A stretch of DNA of 61,311 bases, the filler included, from Porpidia crustulata (lineage: Eukaryota), in NCBI GenBank assembly GCA_964255105.1. It is 15 parts of 15 records of this genome, joined end to end, with 100 filler letters (N's around TTAATTAATTAA, not from the genome) between each part and the next. Parts side by side here need not be neighbours in the genome. Positions count along the whole stretch, not along the records: positions 12,345 to 16,350 come from CAXUWE010002175.1; positions 16,451 to 20,451 come from CAXUWE010002176.1; positions 20,552 to 24,550 come from CAXUWE010002177.1; positions 24,651 to 28,648 come from CAXUWE010002178.1; 11 more parts are not named here. One strand, written 5' to 3'. The position numbers and the translations under genes are program-made. Below the pieces are notes generated by a model, which was given only the letters and a program-made list of their open reading frames with translations, ran no database searches and was not told the DNA's origin. Below are positions 13,845 to 24,784 of the stretch, in pieces (positions within the stretch are counted from its first letter, which is position 1; each line of letters starts with the position of its first letter).

Positions 13845-15786
13845 ATGTCAACCACTCTCATAACATTTCGGCTGTACGTTTGAACTGGTCCTGTACCCAC
13901 ATACTCCAATTAACACCTTCCTAGACAAATCTCTTCCTCGGTTCGTTCCGTGGATATCCTCGGATCCTGGGATAATTTTCATCAACCTTATCCATTGAAG
14001 AGGGATAGACGTACAGGTTCTGGGGATTGGCGGGGATGTCACACGTTCAAAGACATTACCTGTGATGGAGATCTGTCAGTAATGCCGATACGGCGGGATG
14101 GGGGTCTCATGATGGGTGGAAAGTACTGGTATTATGTACGTCGACAATGTCCGAGCTCAATCCCACTACAGCCTGCTTACTCAATTCCAGTACTTGCTCG
14201 ACGGTGATATTGAGTACTATAATCCTGCAGAGCCGTCGACCATGCTGTGTCCTTTTATCCCTGGCCAGGCCGTCAACGTATTGGATGTACCGGTGCAACC
14301 AAACGACGGGGAAGAATTTATTCGCGACAAAGCCATGAGCTCCCCTGCTTCTACCGCGTATACCATGGATCCTAAGGCCAAATACCAAAATCCGAAGCCC
14401 TCTGTACAACAAAAACTTAAGCCCATTGCTGAAGCCTCGACCCAGAGTTCTCGATCAGTCATCCCGAAGTACTTTCCATTAGCGAAAGTAAGGAGCTTAC
14501 CCGCTTTGTTTTCTGCATCTTCAGGCGTTGCACAGCCGACCAAACTTTCCTCAGGATCATCGCATAGAAGCAGGACCGCTCCGCCAGCGATTTCCAAGCC
14601 ATCTCCTCCTACAGCTTTAAAGAAATCAGAGGCCATCATGTTTACTAGTAGTGATGAGAAGCAAGATCTTCAATTCGGAGCCGAAACTACATGCGAGAGC
14701 AGAGCGAAGGATCTAACCCTCGAGAACAATCTAAATCTGGACCCTGGCAGCAGGCTCTCGAATTCTTATCAGGCAAAGAATTCCATCTTGAACAGCAGCC
14801 CTCTGAGACATGCCGTTAGCGCACGATCAGTCGAAACTGATGCACATCCTCAAGTAGCTCTGGCGAACAATACGATCCTGGTGCCCTCCATTCCACAAGC
14901 ACCTAATAAGTATCCCGACATCTCTCTGAAAGGCGTGCCTCATACGGACAGTTACAATATCCCCGAAGCCCTTGATCGTGCCTGTCGTCCGATCCCAGGA
15001 TCTGCCTATTATACCCCACTTGAGCAATTGCGGGAGCACAACTCTTTCTTTGCAGAAACCACACCCAAGTCCTGGGACGATATGCCAACTGAAGTGTCAA
15101 TGGATGCACCACAACCAATTATAGATCAAACCTCGATTCATCCGCTTCTGAGGTGTAAGTCAGGTTCTTCGTATGATCTGACGTTGTCAGATGTCAAATC
15201 ATCTAAGCCATCTGAAGACGTCCGTTTCTCACCCGATACTAGCTTTCTTGAAGACAGCTCGGAATACGACCCGCAGAATCCAGAAAGATCAATTTCTTCT
15301 TCTGACAACACCCAAGAAATTTTCTCGGTGGGCCTCGCAGCAAGTACTGTCCAGACCGAGGCCACATCCCCATATCATCTTTCACAGACCATGTCTCCAT
15401 TGAAAAGTGATTTTGGAGATGGTTTATTGGACTCGAGTAACGACTACAATTCCGACGCGGTCTCGAATACTATAAGAGAACTCGAGAAACTCCACATTGA
15501 ACCTCACTTTGAAGAAACTTCCATACGACACCAAGCTTCTCCATACCGAGCTTCAGGAGGCTTCGAAGGCTATATTTTGCCGGAAGATGAGCAGTCGTCC
15601 GCATTGACTTTACGAAATCTACCCAGCACCACATACAAATCTCCCAACAGAGAATCTTCATTTTCTCAGCACGGTAGCAAAGATCTAGTACGTTCCTGGA
15701 ACGATGGCTCCGAACATCGCATCAACATGACCGCACTAGACGAGCTTGTCGAAGACCTCGGTTACCTCGGTGAGATGATCATTTAA
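13845..15786 (+). CDS. Protein with N-terminal CBM48/AMPK-beta-like glycogen-binding domain and long Ser-rich disordered tail
   Basis: Exons 13845-13873, 13925-14135, 14191-15786 give MSTTLITFRLQISSSVRSVDILGSWDNF...GLMMGGKYWYY|YLLDGDIEYYNPAEP; GT-AG introns with consistent phases. Confidence 0.78.
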
Positions 15787-17259
15787 TCCCTCTCGAGCAA
15801 TGTACGACTATCACTTTACTTTCCGCTGTGCATTACTGGCGTTTATTCCCACGGACATACATATACCCGCAAGGCGCATATACGCAGGAAACAGCGCTAT
15901 ACTAATAAAAGGTTCATACTCTAATTCGTGAAAACGGACTTGCCGCAAATGTTATACGGAGTAAACAAAATTCTTCGATCTTAAAAGATGTGGAAATGAC
16001 TTTACACTGTGCGAGGCGATAAATAATAGACGCTGTGATTTGGGGCCGGCTCGATGGGTTAGGCGCTTTGTATCGATATCGCTCGTGTGATTTAGATCTC
16101 GAATGAAGATTACATATCATCATCCCTCTCAGCGCTGTGCTTCCAATGCAGCTATTGTATTAAAAGAATCGGACCGGCGTCCTGGATGAGATCTTTGTTT
16201 TAGTGTGTAGTCTAGATTGACTCATGCTTCAGTTGCTTCTGCTTGTACTTGCATTTTTCGCTGCTAAATTCACCTTGTGCTTCCTACTTTTATTTTCTAG
16301 CTTCCCCTATCCTCTCCCACTTGGGCCTCCTCTTACCCAACCCCTATCCCNNNNNNNNNNNNNNNNNNNNNNNNNNNNNNNNNNNNNNNNNNNNTTAATT
16401 AATTAANNNNNNNNNNNNNNNNNNNNNNNNNNNNNNNNNNNNNNNNNNNNGCCATAGGTTGAGTTTTTGTTAGTTTGTGCTTCGGGCGTGACATCAAAGC
16501 AAGCTGTGGTGACTGGTGAGATGACCAAGTTGCCAGAAGGACGGCAATCCTTGTACACTCGAGGTTGCTGCGAGAATGACAGGCTTGATTGTAGACCACG
16601 ACCTCTCTTGCAGTAGTGCGATGCCTCTGGGGCCTCAACGTGTACAAGTTCAAGGTACGCGACCAGAGTGGTGTCCACGATGGGACAGACCAGCCAAAGT
16701 CATTGGTAATTCCTGAGGGTTGTGCGGCTTCGGGGCTGTAGTTGGCTGAGCCGGGTGGATGCACCTAGAGCTTAGTAGTCTGGGTGGGCCTTGAGTGGTC
16801 GTTAGTCGACTTCAGCAATAGATTAGGCACAGAAGGGACGTTTAGGGACTTGATCCGGGAGGTGCTCTTGCTCTAGCGGGATGCTCTATCATCTACACCG
16901 CCAAGATTCGTCAAGCGTCCAATGCTTCTCGTATGATTGATGGTTTAGCTATCAAAGAGGCTTTTGTGCGGAAAGAGCCAACAGAAAAAAAGTAGACTCC
17001 CGTTATATGATGGATTTAAGCTCTGCATCCCACTTCAAGTCGACACTAGAATCAACACTCCAGAGCTCACGCGACTTCCTCCATTTCGCCACTTTCTTGA
17101 CTTTCTACATTCAATGGTCCATTTGACCCATCATGTATAAAGTGTGACACCTTTACCGCCCACTGCCTCTACATAACTTACCATGAGAGCAGCCTGACAT
17201 TTACTTACAAGGTGGTGATCCGGCGTTTGGGGATGCTATCTGCCTCTTCCATATCCATA

Positions 17260-20187
17260 ATGTCTTCCTCCATCATAAGCTGGACATTTCAGCCATGGGT
17301 TTCACATGAGACCGCTCAGAACATTCTTGTATACACTCATTATTCTTCTCCTATAATTCTCATCACCTTCTTTCTTGCCGCCTTTACTGCTCATAGTATC
17401 GCCACGGCCTCCGTTGACGCCGTTGTTCGCCCTTCAGCAGATCAAACAGGACCGGGCGGGAAACCACTGCCGCAGAAAGCCGCGCCATCTGCAAAGGATA
17501 AGCAGCAAAGAAAGGCTCTGGACTTTAGCCGTGGGAAAACATTACTGTTCGAATGGCTGTCGTTAGGCACTAGCCTAACATTCATTGGTAATGCTGTGGT
17601 TGTCATTCTACACACTCTCTTCGACAGAAAGGACAACTGGTGGTGTGGTGAATCTGTAGTAGTATGTCTTGACCTAGAAAAGACTCTCGAGACGACAGCA
17701 CTGACTTTCTCCCCGAAGATTTACGTAGTGGCCTGCTTCTTCGCCTACACCCTCTTCCTCATATCCCTAATCGACACAAAGCCGTCTCCAACCGTGGCAC
17801 ACCTTCTAACATGGCTGGTAGCTCTAGCGCTGGAGTTGATTTTATTTGGAGCATCTCTTACAATTTACACCTCCAAGCATCATGAACCAAAAGCAGGTAC
17901 TCCTGAGGGTGGTCTATTAAGAAAAGGAGTTACTACTTGGGAAGGCATTGAGATCCTTATCGACATTCTACGTATACTATTGCTGGTTGCTTTGGTGGCT
18001 TTCTACGCGTTGTTCGTAACGCTTCGGCAAGCTAAGAAGCGGAGACTCGGTCAGGAGGAAAATGGAAGCCCACAAGAGTCAGCTTGTTTACTTAATGGGC
18101 ACGCAATGGGGAACGGTACCCCCAATGGCCATGCGTATGGTACCACAAACCCTTCCCCTCAGACAAAACCAGAAACGTCTGGCTGGGTTCGACCAACTAC
18201 AATTCCTTCGAAGAGTTGGTGGGAATACATCCGAGGATATTCACTATTCTTCCCTTACCTCTGGCCTGCCAAGTCACTCAGGCTACAAATCACAGTTGTA
18301 GCATGCTTCTTTCTCGTAATGCTAGCCCGAGTGGTCAACGTCATGGTGCCGATCCAAGCCGGCGCGATCACCGACATCCTGACAGGAAAACATGGAACAT
18401 ATTCGGGGCTACCATGGGGTCAGATACTCTTGTACATTCTTTATCGACTGCTTCAAGGTAACAACGGTCTTCTGGGGGCACTAAGGGCAACATTATGGGT
18501 GCCAATCAGCCAGTACTCTTACCAAGAGCTCTCTACAGCCTCATTTGAGCATGTACATGGCCTAAGCCTAGATTTCCATTTGGGTAAGAAAACTGGAGAG
18601 GTGCTCTCGGCTCTTAGCAAGGGAAATTCAATCAACACCTTTCTTGAACAGATTACCTTTCAAGTGTTCCCCATGCTCATTGATCTCGCGGTCGCGATTG
18701 GCTACTTTCTTATCGCCTTTGACGCTTATTACGCTCTCGTCGTTACTATCGTAACCTTCGCCTATCTGTACCTCACCATTCGCTTGGCCCAGTGGCGCGC
18801 GGAAATCCGTCGAGAAATGGTTAATTCTAGTCGGCAGGAGGACGCGGTCAAGAACGACTCCATGGTTTCTTATGAAACCGTGAAATACTTCAATGCCGAG
18901 CAGTATGAGTTCAATCGATATCGTGGCGCCGTGCAGGATTTCCAGAGAGCCGAATACAAAGTTCTCATATCTCTGAATATTATGAATGTCTCGCAAAACC
19001 TAGTTTTCATGCTAGGCCTATTGATCACCTGCTTCATCGCTGCGTATCAGGTCACGACTGGTCAGCGAGATGTCGGGAGATTTGTCACTCTCTTGACTTA
19101 CATGGCTCAGCTTCAGGGCCCGCTGAACTTCTTCGGCACATTCTATCGCTCCATTCAATCTGCCATGATCAATTCAGAGCGCATGCTCGAGCTTTTCAAA
19201 GAGCAACCCACTGTTATTGATGACCCAAACGCCGAGGTCCTCTCGTCTTGCGAGGGTAGAATCAACTTCAACGATGTCGCGTTCTCCTATGATCCAAGGA
19301 AGCCAGCTCTCAACGGTTTAACCTTTCATTGCGCTCCTGGAACAACAACAGCTCTTGTTGGCGAATCCGGTGGCGGCAAGTCTACTGTCTTTCGCTTGCT
19401 TTTCCGGTTTTACAACATCAAGAACGGGAGCATACAGATTGATGGTAGAGACGTCAGAGGACTTACAATAGACTCCTTGAGGCGACACATCGGCGTTGTA
19501 CCACAAGACACAGTTTTATTCAATGAGACGCTCATGTATAATCTCAAGTATGCCAATCCTTCTGCCACGGACGAGCAAGTTTACGATGCTTGTCGTGCAG
19601 CCAGCATCCACGAGAAGATCTTGAATTTCCCCGACGGCTATCAAGCTCGTGTTGGAGAACGTGGGCTAAAGCTGTCTGGCGGAGAGAAACAGCGTGTAGC
19701 AATTGCTCGCACCATACTCAAAGACCCACGGATCATTCTCCTCGACGAAGCAACAGCAGCTCTCGACAGTGAGACCGAACAAAACATCCAAACTGCCCTG
19801 GATAAGCTCTCTCAAGGTCGTACGACTCTTGTCATAGCACATCGCTTATCTACTATCACCACCGCCGACCAGATCTTGGTGCTCCATTCAGGTAAAGTAG
19901 TCGAAACTGGCACACACGATCAGCTTCTGTCACTCAAGGGCCGTTATGCAAGCATGTGGCGCAAGCAGATTCGAGCACAGAAGGCTGCAGAGGAAGCGAA
20001 GGTCCTTTCGGATCGCGCGGAGCAATTACGGAATGAAGCGCAAGGGGGCGATAGCCCTAGCCAAAGCGAGGACGAGAGGAAGGGTGGCAAGAAGCGGAGA
20101 CCATCGCGAGGATCCTTCAGCGGCGCACGTAGGCCAAAGACCGATGGTGGCTCTAGTGCGCCCACTATGCCTCACGGCCACCCCTGA
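17260..20187 (+). CDS. HMT1: Half-size ABC transporter, HMT1/ABCB6-like heavy-metal tolerance protein
   Basis: N-terminal extra TM domain, LSLDFHLGKKTGEV, Walker A GESGGGKS, signature LSGGEKQR, Walker B ILLDEAT; in-frame 57-nt intron 17662-17718; start codon uncertain. Confidence 0.9.
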   Translation: MSSSIISWTFQPWVSHETAQNILVYTHYSSPIILITFFLAAFTAHSIATASVDAVVRPSADQTGPGGKPLPQKAAPSAKDKQQRKALDFSRGKTLLFEWLSLGTSLTFIGNAVVVILHTLFDRKDNWWCGESVVVCLDLEKTLETTALTFSPKIYVVACFFAYTLFLISLIDTKPSPTVAHLLTWLVALALELILFGASLTIYTSKHHEPKAGTPEGGLLRKGVTTWEGIEILIDILRILLLVALVAFYALFVTLRQAKKRRLGQEENGSPQESACLLNGHAMGNGTPNGHAYGTTNPSPQTKPETSGWVRPTTIPSKSWWEYIRGYSLFFPYLWPAKSLRLQITVVACFFLVMLARVVNVMVPIQAGAITDILTGKHGTYSGLPWGQILLYILYRLLQGNNGLLGALRATLWVPISQYSYQELSTASFEHVHGLSLDFHLGKKTGEVLSALSKGNSINTFLEQITFQVFPMLIDLAVAIGYFLIAFDAYYALVVTIVTFAYLYLTIRLAQWRAEIRREMVNSSRQEDAVKNDSMVSYETVKYFNAEQYEFNRYRGAVQDFQRAEYKVLISLNIMNVSQNLVFMLGLLITCFIAAYQVTTGQRDVGRFVTLLTYMAQLQGPLNFFGTFYRSIQSAMINSERMLELFKEQPTVIDDPNAEVLSSCEGRINFNDVAFSYDPRKPALNGLTFHCAPGTTTALVGESGGGKSTVFRLLFRFYNIKNGSIQIDGRDVRGLTIDSLRRHIGVVPQDTVLFNETLMYNLKYANPSATDEQVYDACRAASIHEKILNFPDGYQARVGERGLKLSGGEKQRVAIARTILKDPRIILLDEATAALDSETEQNIQTALDKLSQGRTTLVIAHRLSTITTADQILVLHSGKVVETGTHDQLLSLKGRYASMWRKQIRAQKAAEEAKVLSDRAEQLRNEAQGGDSPSQSEDERKGGKKRRPSRGSFSGARRPKTDGGSSAPTMPHGHP

Positions 20188-21872
20188 TATCGTGTGGAAC
20201 ACAGTTGCAGCGGAGGATGGTGGATGATGGAGCTTCATGAGAAAGGAAAACACACAAGGTCGAGCAGGGAAAAGGGGGGGATGATTTAACGAAGTGACGA
20301 AGTCAAAAAAACGCTCAAATACATTTCTCTAGCGCGCAAGCTCTGGATAAACGATACAACTCCCGGTGGTACCTTAATTCTTTCTTGTTCTTTCTGAAAG
20401 CGAGCTCGGGAATTTTTTTTTTAACAAAAAAGATAGGCGGGGGACATGTTCNNNNNNNNNNNNNNNNNNNNNNNNNNNNNNNNNNNNNNNNNNNNTTAAT
20501 TAATTAANNNNNNNNNNNNNNNNNNNNNNNNNNNNNNNNNNNNNNNNNNNNGGGGAAGTAGGGGGGATAGGGGGTGCAGGGAGAGTAGGAGATTTAGGAA
20601 GGTGGGAGGAGTTGAGGGTGAAGTGGGGGTGAGGTGAGCAGTGGCGCGAGGATCAAGAGGAGGCAATTACATCTTCTAGGCGGTAGACGGGAGGCCTTTG
20701 GATGACACTTTTAAAAGGGGTGTTTTTTGATCGAATTAGAACAGAGTGCAATTGCTCGAAATTATTGTTCAAGCACCGATTTGAAAAGGGAGAGGCTTAT
20801 AACCCTAACACTAAGCCCCATATGGGTGACACTAAGCCTCATATCTGGGGGGGTGTACGAGTATGTAAAGGGTATACGGTTAGTATTTCCCATAAACAAT
20901 GGTGGGGAGCCGCAAGTCATTGCCCGTTGTGACGAAGACCAATCGGTATGACCTCCGTCGGAACTGACGGAATGGCATTTCTATCATTGCATATTGCATA
21001 GCGAATTACCATGATGACGCAAGATCACATTCTTAGCCTGTCGGTAAACGTAATAATAAAATATCACTATGCTAATCCCAAAGCATCCCGCAATATCATC
21101 GAGCCTTTTCGTCTGATAATGGGTATATAGAACATCTGTATCATTGTCGCGCCTCCAACGACAACACAGCAAGATTGCATACTTGCCGATTCGAGTAACA
21201 AGACGTCGTATGCTGTCAGTGGGCCCGAGAGCGCGGAAACCCCTTTCTCTTAGCTCCCGGATTGAGTGAAATGACTCTGTTCGGTGGGATCGCCGTGCTT
21301 CAGCCTGGAAGGTCATGTCGAACATTCTACTACCGAGAATTGGGACATGATCGTTGCTACCAGCTATCAACCTGTTAGCGACCTCAATGTAGTCGTATCC
21401 GACCAGAGAGGCAGTTGCGACAATGATAACCCTAATGACCATCACCTAAGAGGTAACCCAAGTAGCACCTCTGACGATAGCCGATAGCCAATGATATCGA
21501 ATTCGTCGACCTGCCGCCAGCCCTAAGCTTGGGGTACCCGAGGGCCTAATGTAGAAAGATGAAGTAATGCAAGGCGTGGTAGCAGAATCGAATCACATAA
21601 TATTAATCCCATCTTTAACCAACATCTGACAAGGCGCACAGCATCGTGTTTTGCCACATGCCATGGCTCTTGACTCTCACTTCCTCTCAGATACGACATC
21701 TTCTAGGAAATAAATGCGCAAAGCATTGTCTCCCTCGCCACTCTCCAGAAGATACAGCACCGCATCGTCCAATAACTCTTCCGACACCTTATTTGGCTGC
21801 TGTATGGAGCTTCGATTCAGGCCAAAGCTTGTGATTTGCTGACTTGGTCAAACCTCGACTCAACAGTAAACC

Positions 21873-24087
21873 ATGGACGTTGATGGATCTAGTTCTCAAA
21901 ATATTGCGTCATCTGCTGGAAGTAGTAGTATAGGGCATAATGGCTTCGAGTCCGCAACATCCTCTGCGACAAGGCAAGACGGTACAGAACCATCCGGCAG
22001 TGGAGGTGGTCCTACCGGTAGGAAGCGAAAAGTCCCAGATTCGGTAACACCAAACGCTTGCACCAATTGCAAGAAGGCCAGGGCAAAGGTATACGGTCCT
22101 TGCCCGCACTGTCATGTCCGAAATGCTAAACCGTGATTCTGGTAGTGTGATGGGGCCAAGCCTGCTTGTAAGAGATGTATCCATCGACATGTCCAAGACG
22201 AATGCCGTTACGACGTACACGCCAAGACAGCCAAGGAGCAGATGATTCGTGAGATTCAACGACTTCAACGGAAGAATGAAGATCTAGAGGAAGAGAATGA
22301 TACACTCGGAGAGAAGAACGAATGGATCGAGATAATAGTGAATTCGCTCAAGTCCGATGCGCAAGGGGCGGAGATTATACGTCGCTTGAAACAGGGCGAG
22401 AGTCATCAGGTTATTGCAGAATGGCTTGGTCGACCAATAACGCCCAACACCATGGCGTTGTCGCCGGCATCGGAATCTCAACTCAGCCGAGCTATCGAAA
22501 GATATCACAAAGACTTGGTGGAAAACCATGAACCTCGATATTGGACGAATGTTACAAACGATAACGTATTGATCGAACATCTAGTTACCTTATATCTTAC
22601 CTGGATTCACCCATCTCACATGCTCTTTGACGAAGTCCACTTCATGGAGAGTTTCCATGCATGTTCTGATACATATTGTTCGTCGCCACTGGTCAACGCT
22701 ATATGTGCCATGTCTTGTCATATCCTTCATGGAGTGTGGGAGAATGACGATGACCGGATGGCAGGTAGCGAGTCTCTTCGAACCCAATTCATGGATGAAG
22801 CGAAGGCACTGATGGCTACACCGGAGTATACCAAGATGACCGTCATACAAACATATGCGATCATGTTCCTGGCGGGGCTGGGTTCTGGGCATGGGCTTCT
22901 GGCATCCTCGCATCTGCGGTTGGCAACCGAGTCGTTGGTGAGTAAACACAACCGTGAGCAGTCTTCGGAGTCATCAGAGGTTGCTTCATGGGGTCTTCTC
23001 ACTCTTCACACGTATGTTGCAATCCTTGTCCATTGTTATTTGGAGACTGACCAGCACAGTGCATGGTCCGGGCTGATATTTCAGAAGCCAACCGCTCCCA
23101 TCTCGACGCATGCAGCCGTTTTTATCGACATTGACTGCCATAAAGATGATGGTCCATGGCGCTTCTATAAGGAGGTAGGCGACATCGAGGAGTCACGGCG
23201 ACCAAGCTTTCTATTATTGACAGCGCATGAACATGCCAAACTATACCGTATCATTCATGAGACTATCCTTGTGCTTTGTGGTAGTCGGGGCAAAGTATCT
23301 GCTCATCACATGCTAGTAATCTATGAGAGGTATTTGGAGTGGAAAGAGCAGTTATCGCCTCCTTTACCGGACGTGAATGGAGATTTCGAAGCGCTGCCCC
23401 ACGCATTGTTCTTACAGTAAGCCCTCTACTACTTTGTGATGTTCAAGCTCACCGTTCTACCTTAGCATCCAATATCATGCGGCGCTTCTTCAACTTTTCC
23501 AACCTCTGTTACATCTTGACAGATATCATAAGGCATCACATGATTTCTTGAAAGCCATCGTGATCAAGCACGCAAAGATAGGTCTGGAGCTTTTAACGCA
23601 ATATCGAGCCGCACATACCTTTCGCTATTTATCACCTATCATGCTATTCTGCATTGTTCACATCTGCGACGCTCTGGTCGGTTATGATGGCCAGAGCGGG
23701 GCTGCGATAGAGATTGCGCGCTTCTGCTTGGAGGGTCTTGAAGAGGCCAAAGTTGGCTATCCGCTTGCTGGCCCTCTCCAGAAAATGTTTCGTATAGCGC
23801 TAGATGGCTACAATATATCAATACCAGACGAACTTGAACGGCTCTGTGGACCCTCGTCGAAGTATGGGCCTGAAGAATTGCTGGACGCATGCACACGATC
23901 TTCATATCAACAACCAATAGCCCATTTACTCCCGAATATCGGTCCCAGGGTTGCGCAGGATTTCATGGACGAATGGCAGAAACGGTGTGGAGATCGACCA
24001 CTGCAGGATACAGCGATGGAGTCTTCGGGAAATAGTAGGATAGAAAGACAAAAGTCAATGCAGATACACGCACTGCTCAACAAGTGA
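21873..24087 (+). CDS. Zn(II)2Cys6 transcription factor with fungal-specific TF domain
   Basis: ACTNCKKARAK|CDGAKPACKRC...C across intron 22089-22145; coiled coil; WTNVT...LVTLYLTW.HP middle region; introns near 23012-23059 and 23417-23466. Confidence 0.9.
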
Positions 24088-24784
24088 ATCAACGGAAAAC
24101 GACCTTACGAATGCATATAATACCAGGCCGGGCGAAGGTTTGTCCTATTTTAGCCGCTGGCGTTGAGGATGGAGGATACCTTGTATATCGAAATTGTGTC
24201 TCCAGGAAGTCTCATGTATTATTAAAAATCTAGCTGAGCGATAGGATCTCGGGGTGCTTGGATTTCTTGCTTGTGTGTATGAGCCTTAGATGTCTAGCCT
24301 CGTCTTTGGGATTTATTATCTGAAGACCTTGACTGGCACGACATTTAACATCGCCTTTGGTGTCTTGGATTTGTCTTGACCTAAGTAACCCTACCCTAAT
24401 CTAGCCCTAATCGAACAGCCCTAGACTTAATGCTTCATGTCAACAAAACTGTAGTATAAACAACACAGTATCTAAATCTAAGACCTAGATGAGCAGATCT
24501 CGAGCCGCAGCTGCCGTAACCCGTGCGTTACCATACAAGTACCTCTTCCCNNNNNNNNNNNNNNNNNNNNNNNNNNNNNNNNNNNNNNNNNNNNTTAATT
24601 AATTAANNNNNNNNNNNNNNNNNNNNNNNNNNNNNNNNNNNNNNNNNNNNCGGGTTTGGGGTGTGCACGGGACCGGAACGTGCACGGGCCCGGGAATACT
24701 CCTATAGGTTGGATTTGCCGCGCCGAGCGCGGGTCTTTGTGAGCATCAATCGGCGGAATTTAAAAGCTCCATGACAGACAGAGC

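Noticed and set aside
17662..17718. 19-aa insertion in HMT1 (similar cases near 23012-23059 and 5300-5352)
   Set aside because: Ordinary GT-AG introns that happen to be 3n and stop-free; no evidence of retention.
20984..21445. 153-aa minus-strand ORF
   Set aside because: No recognisable motif or splice structure; likely chance.
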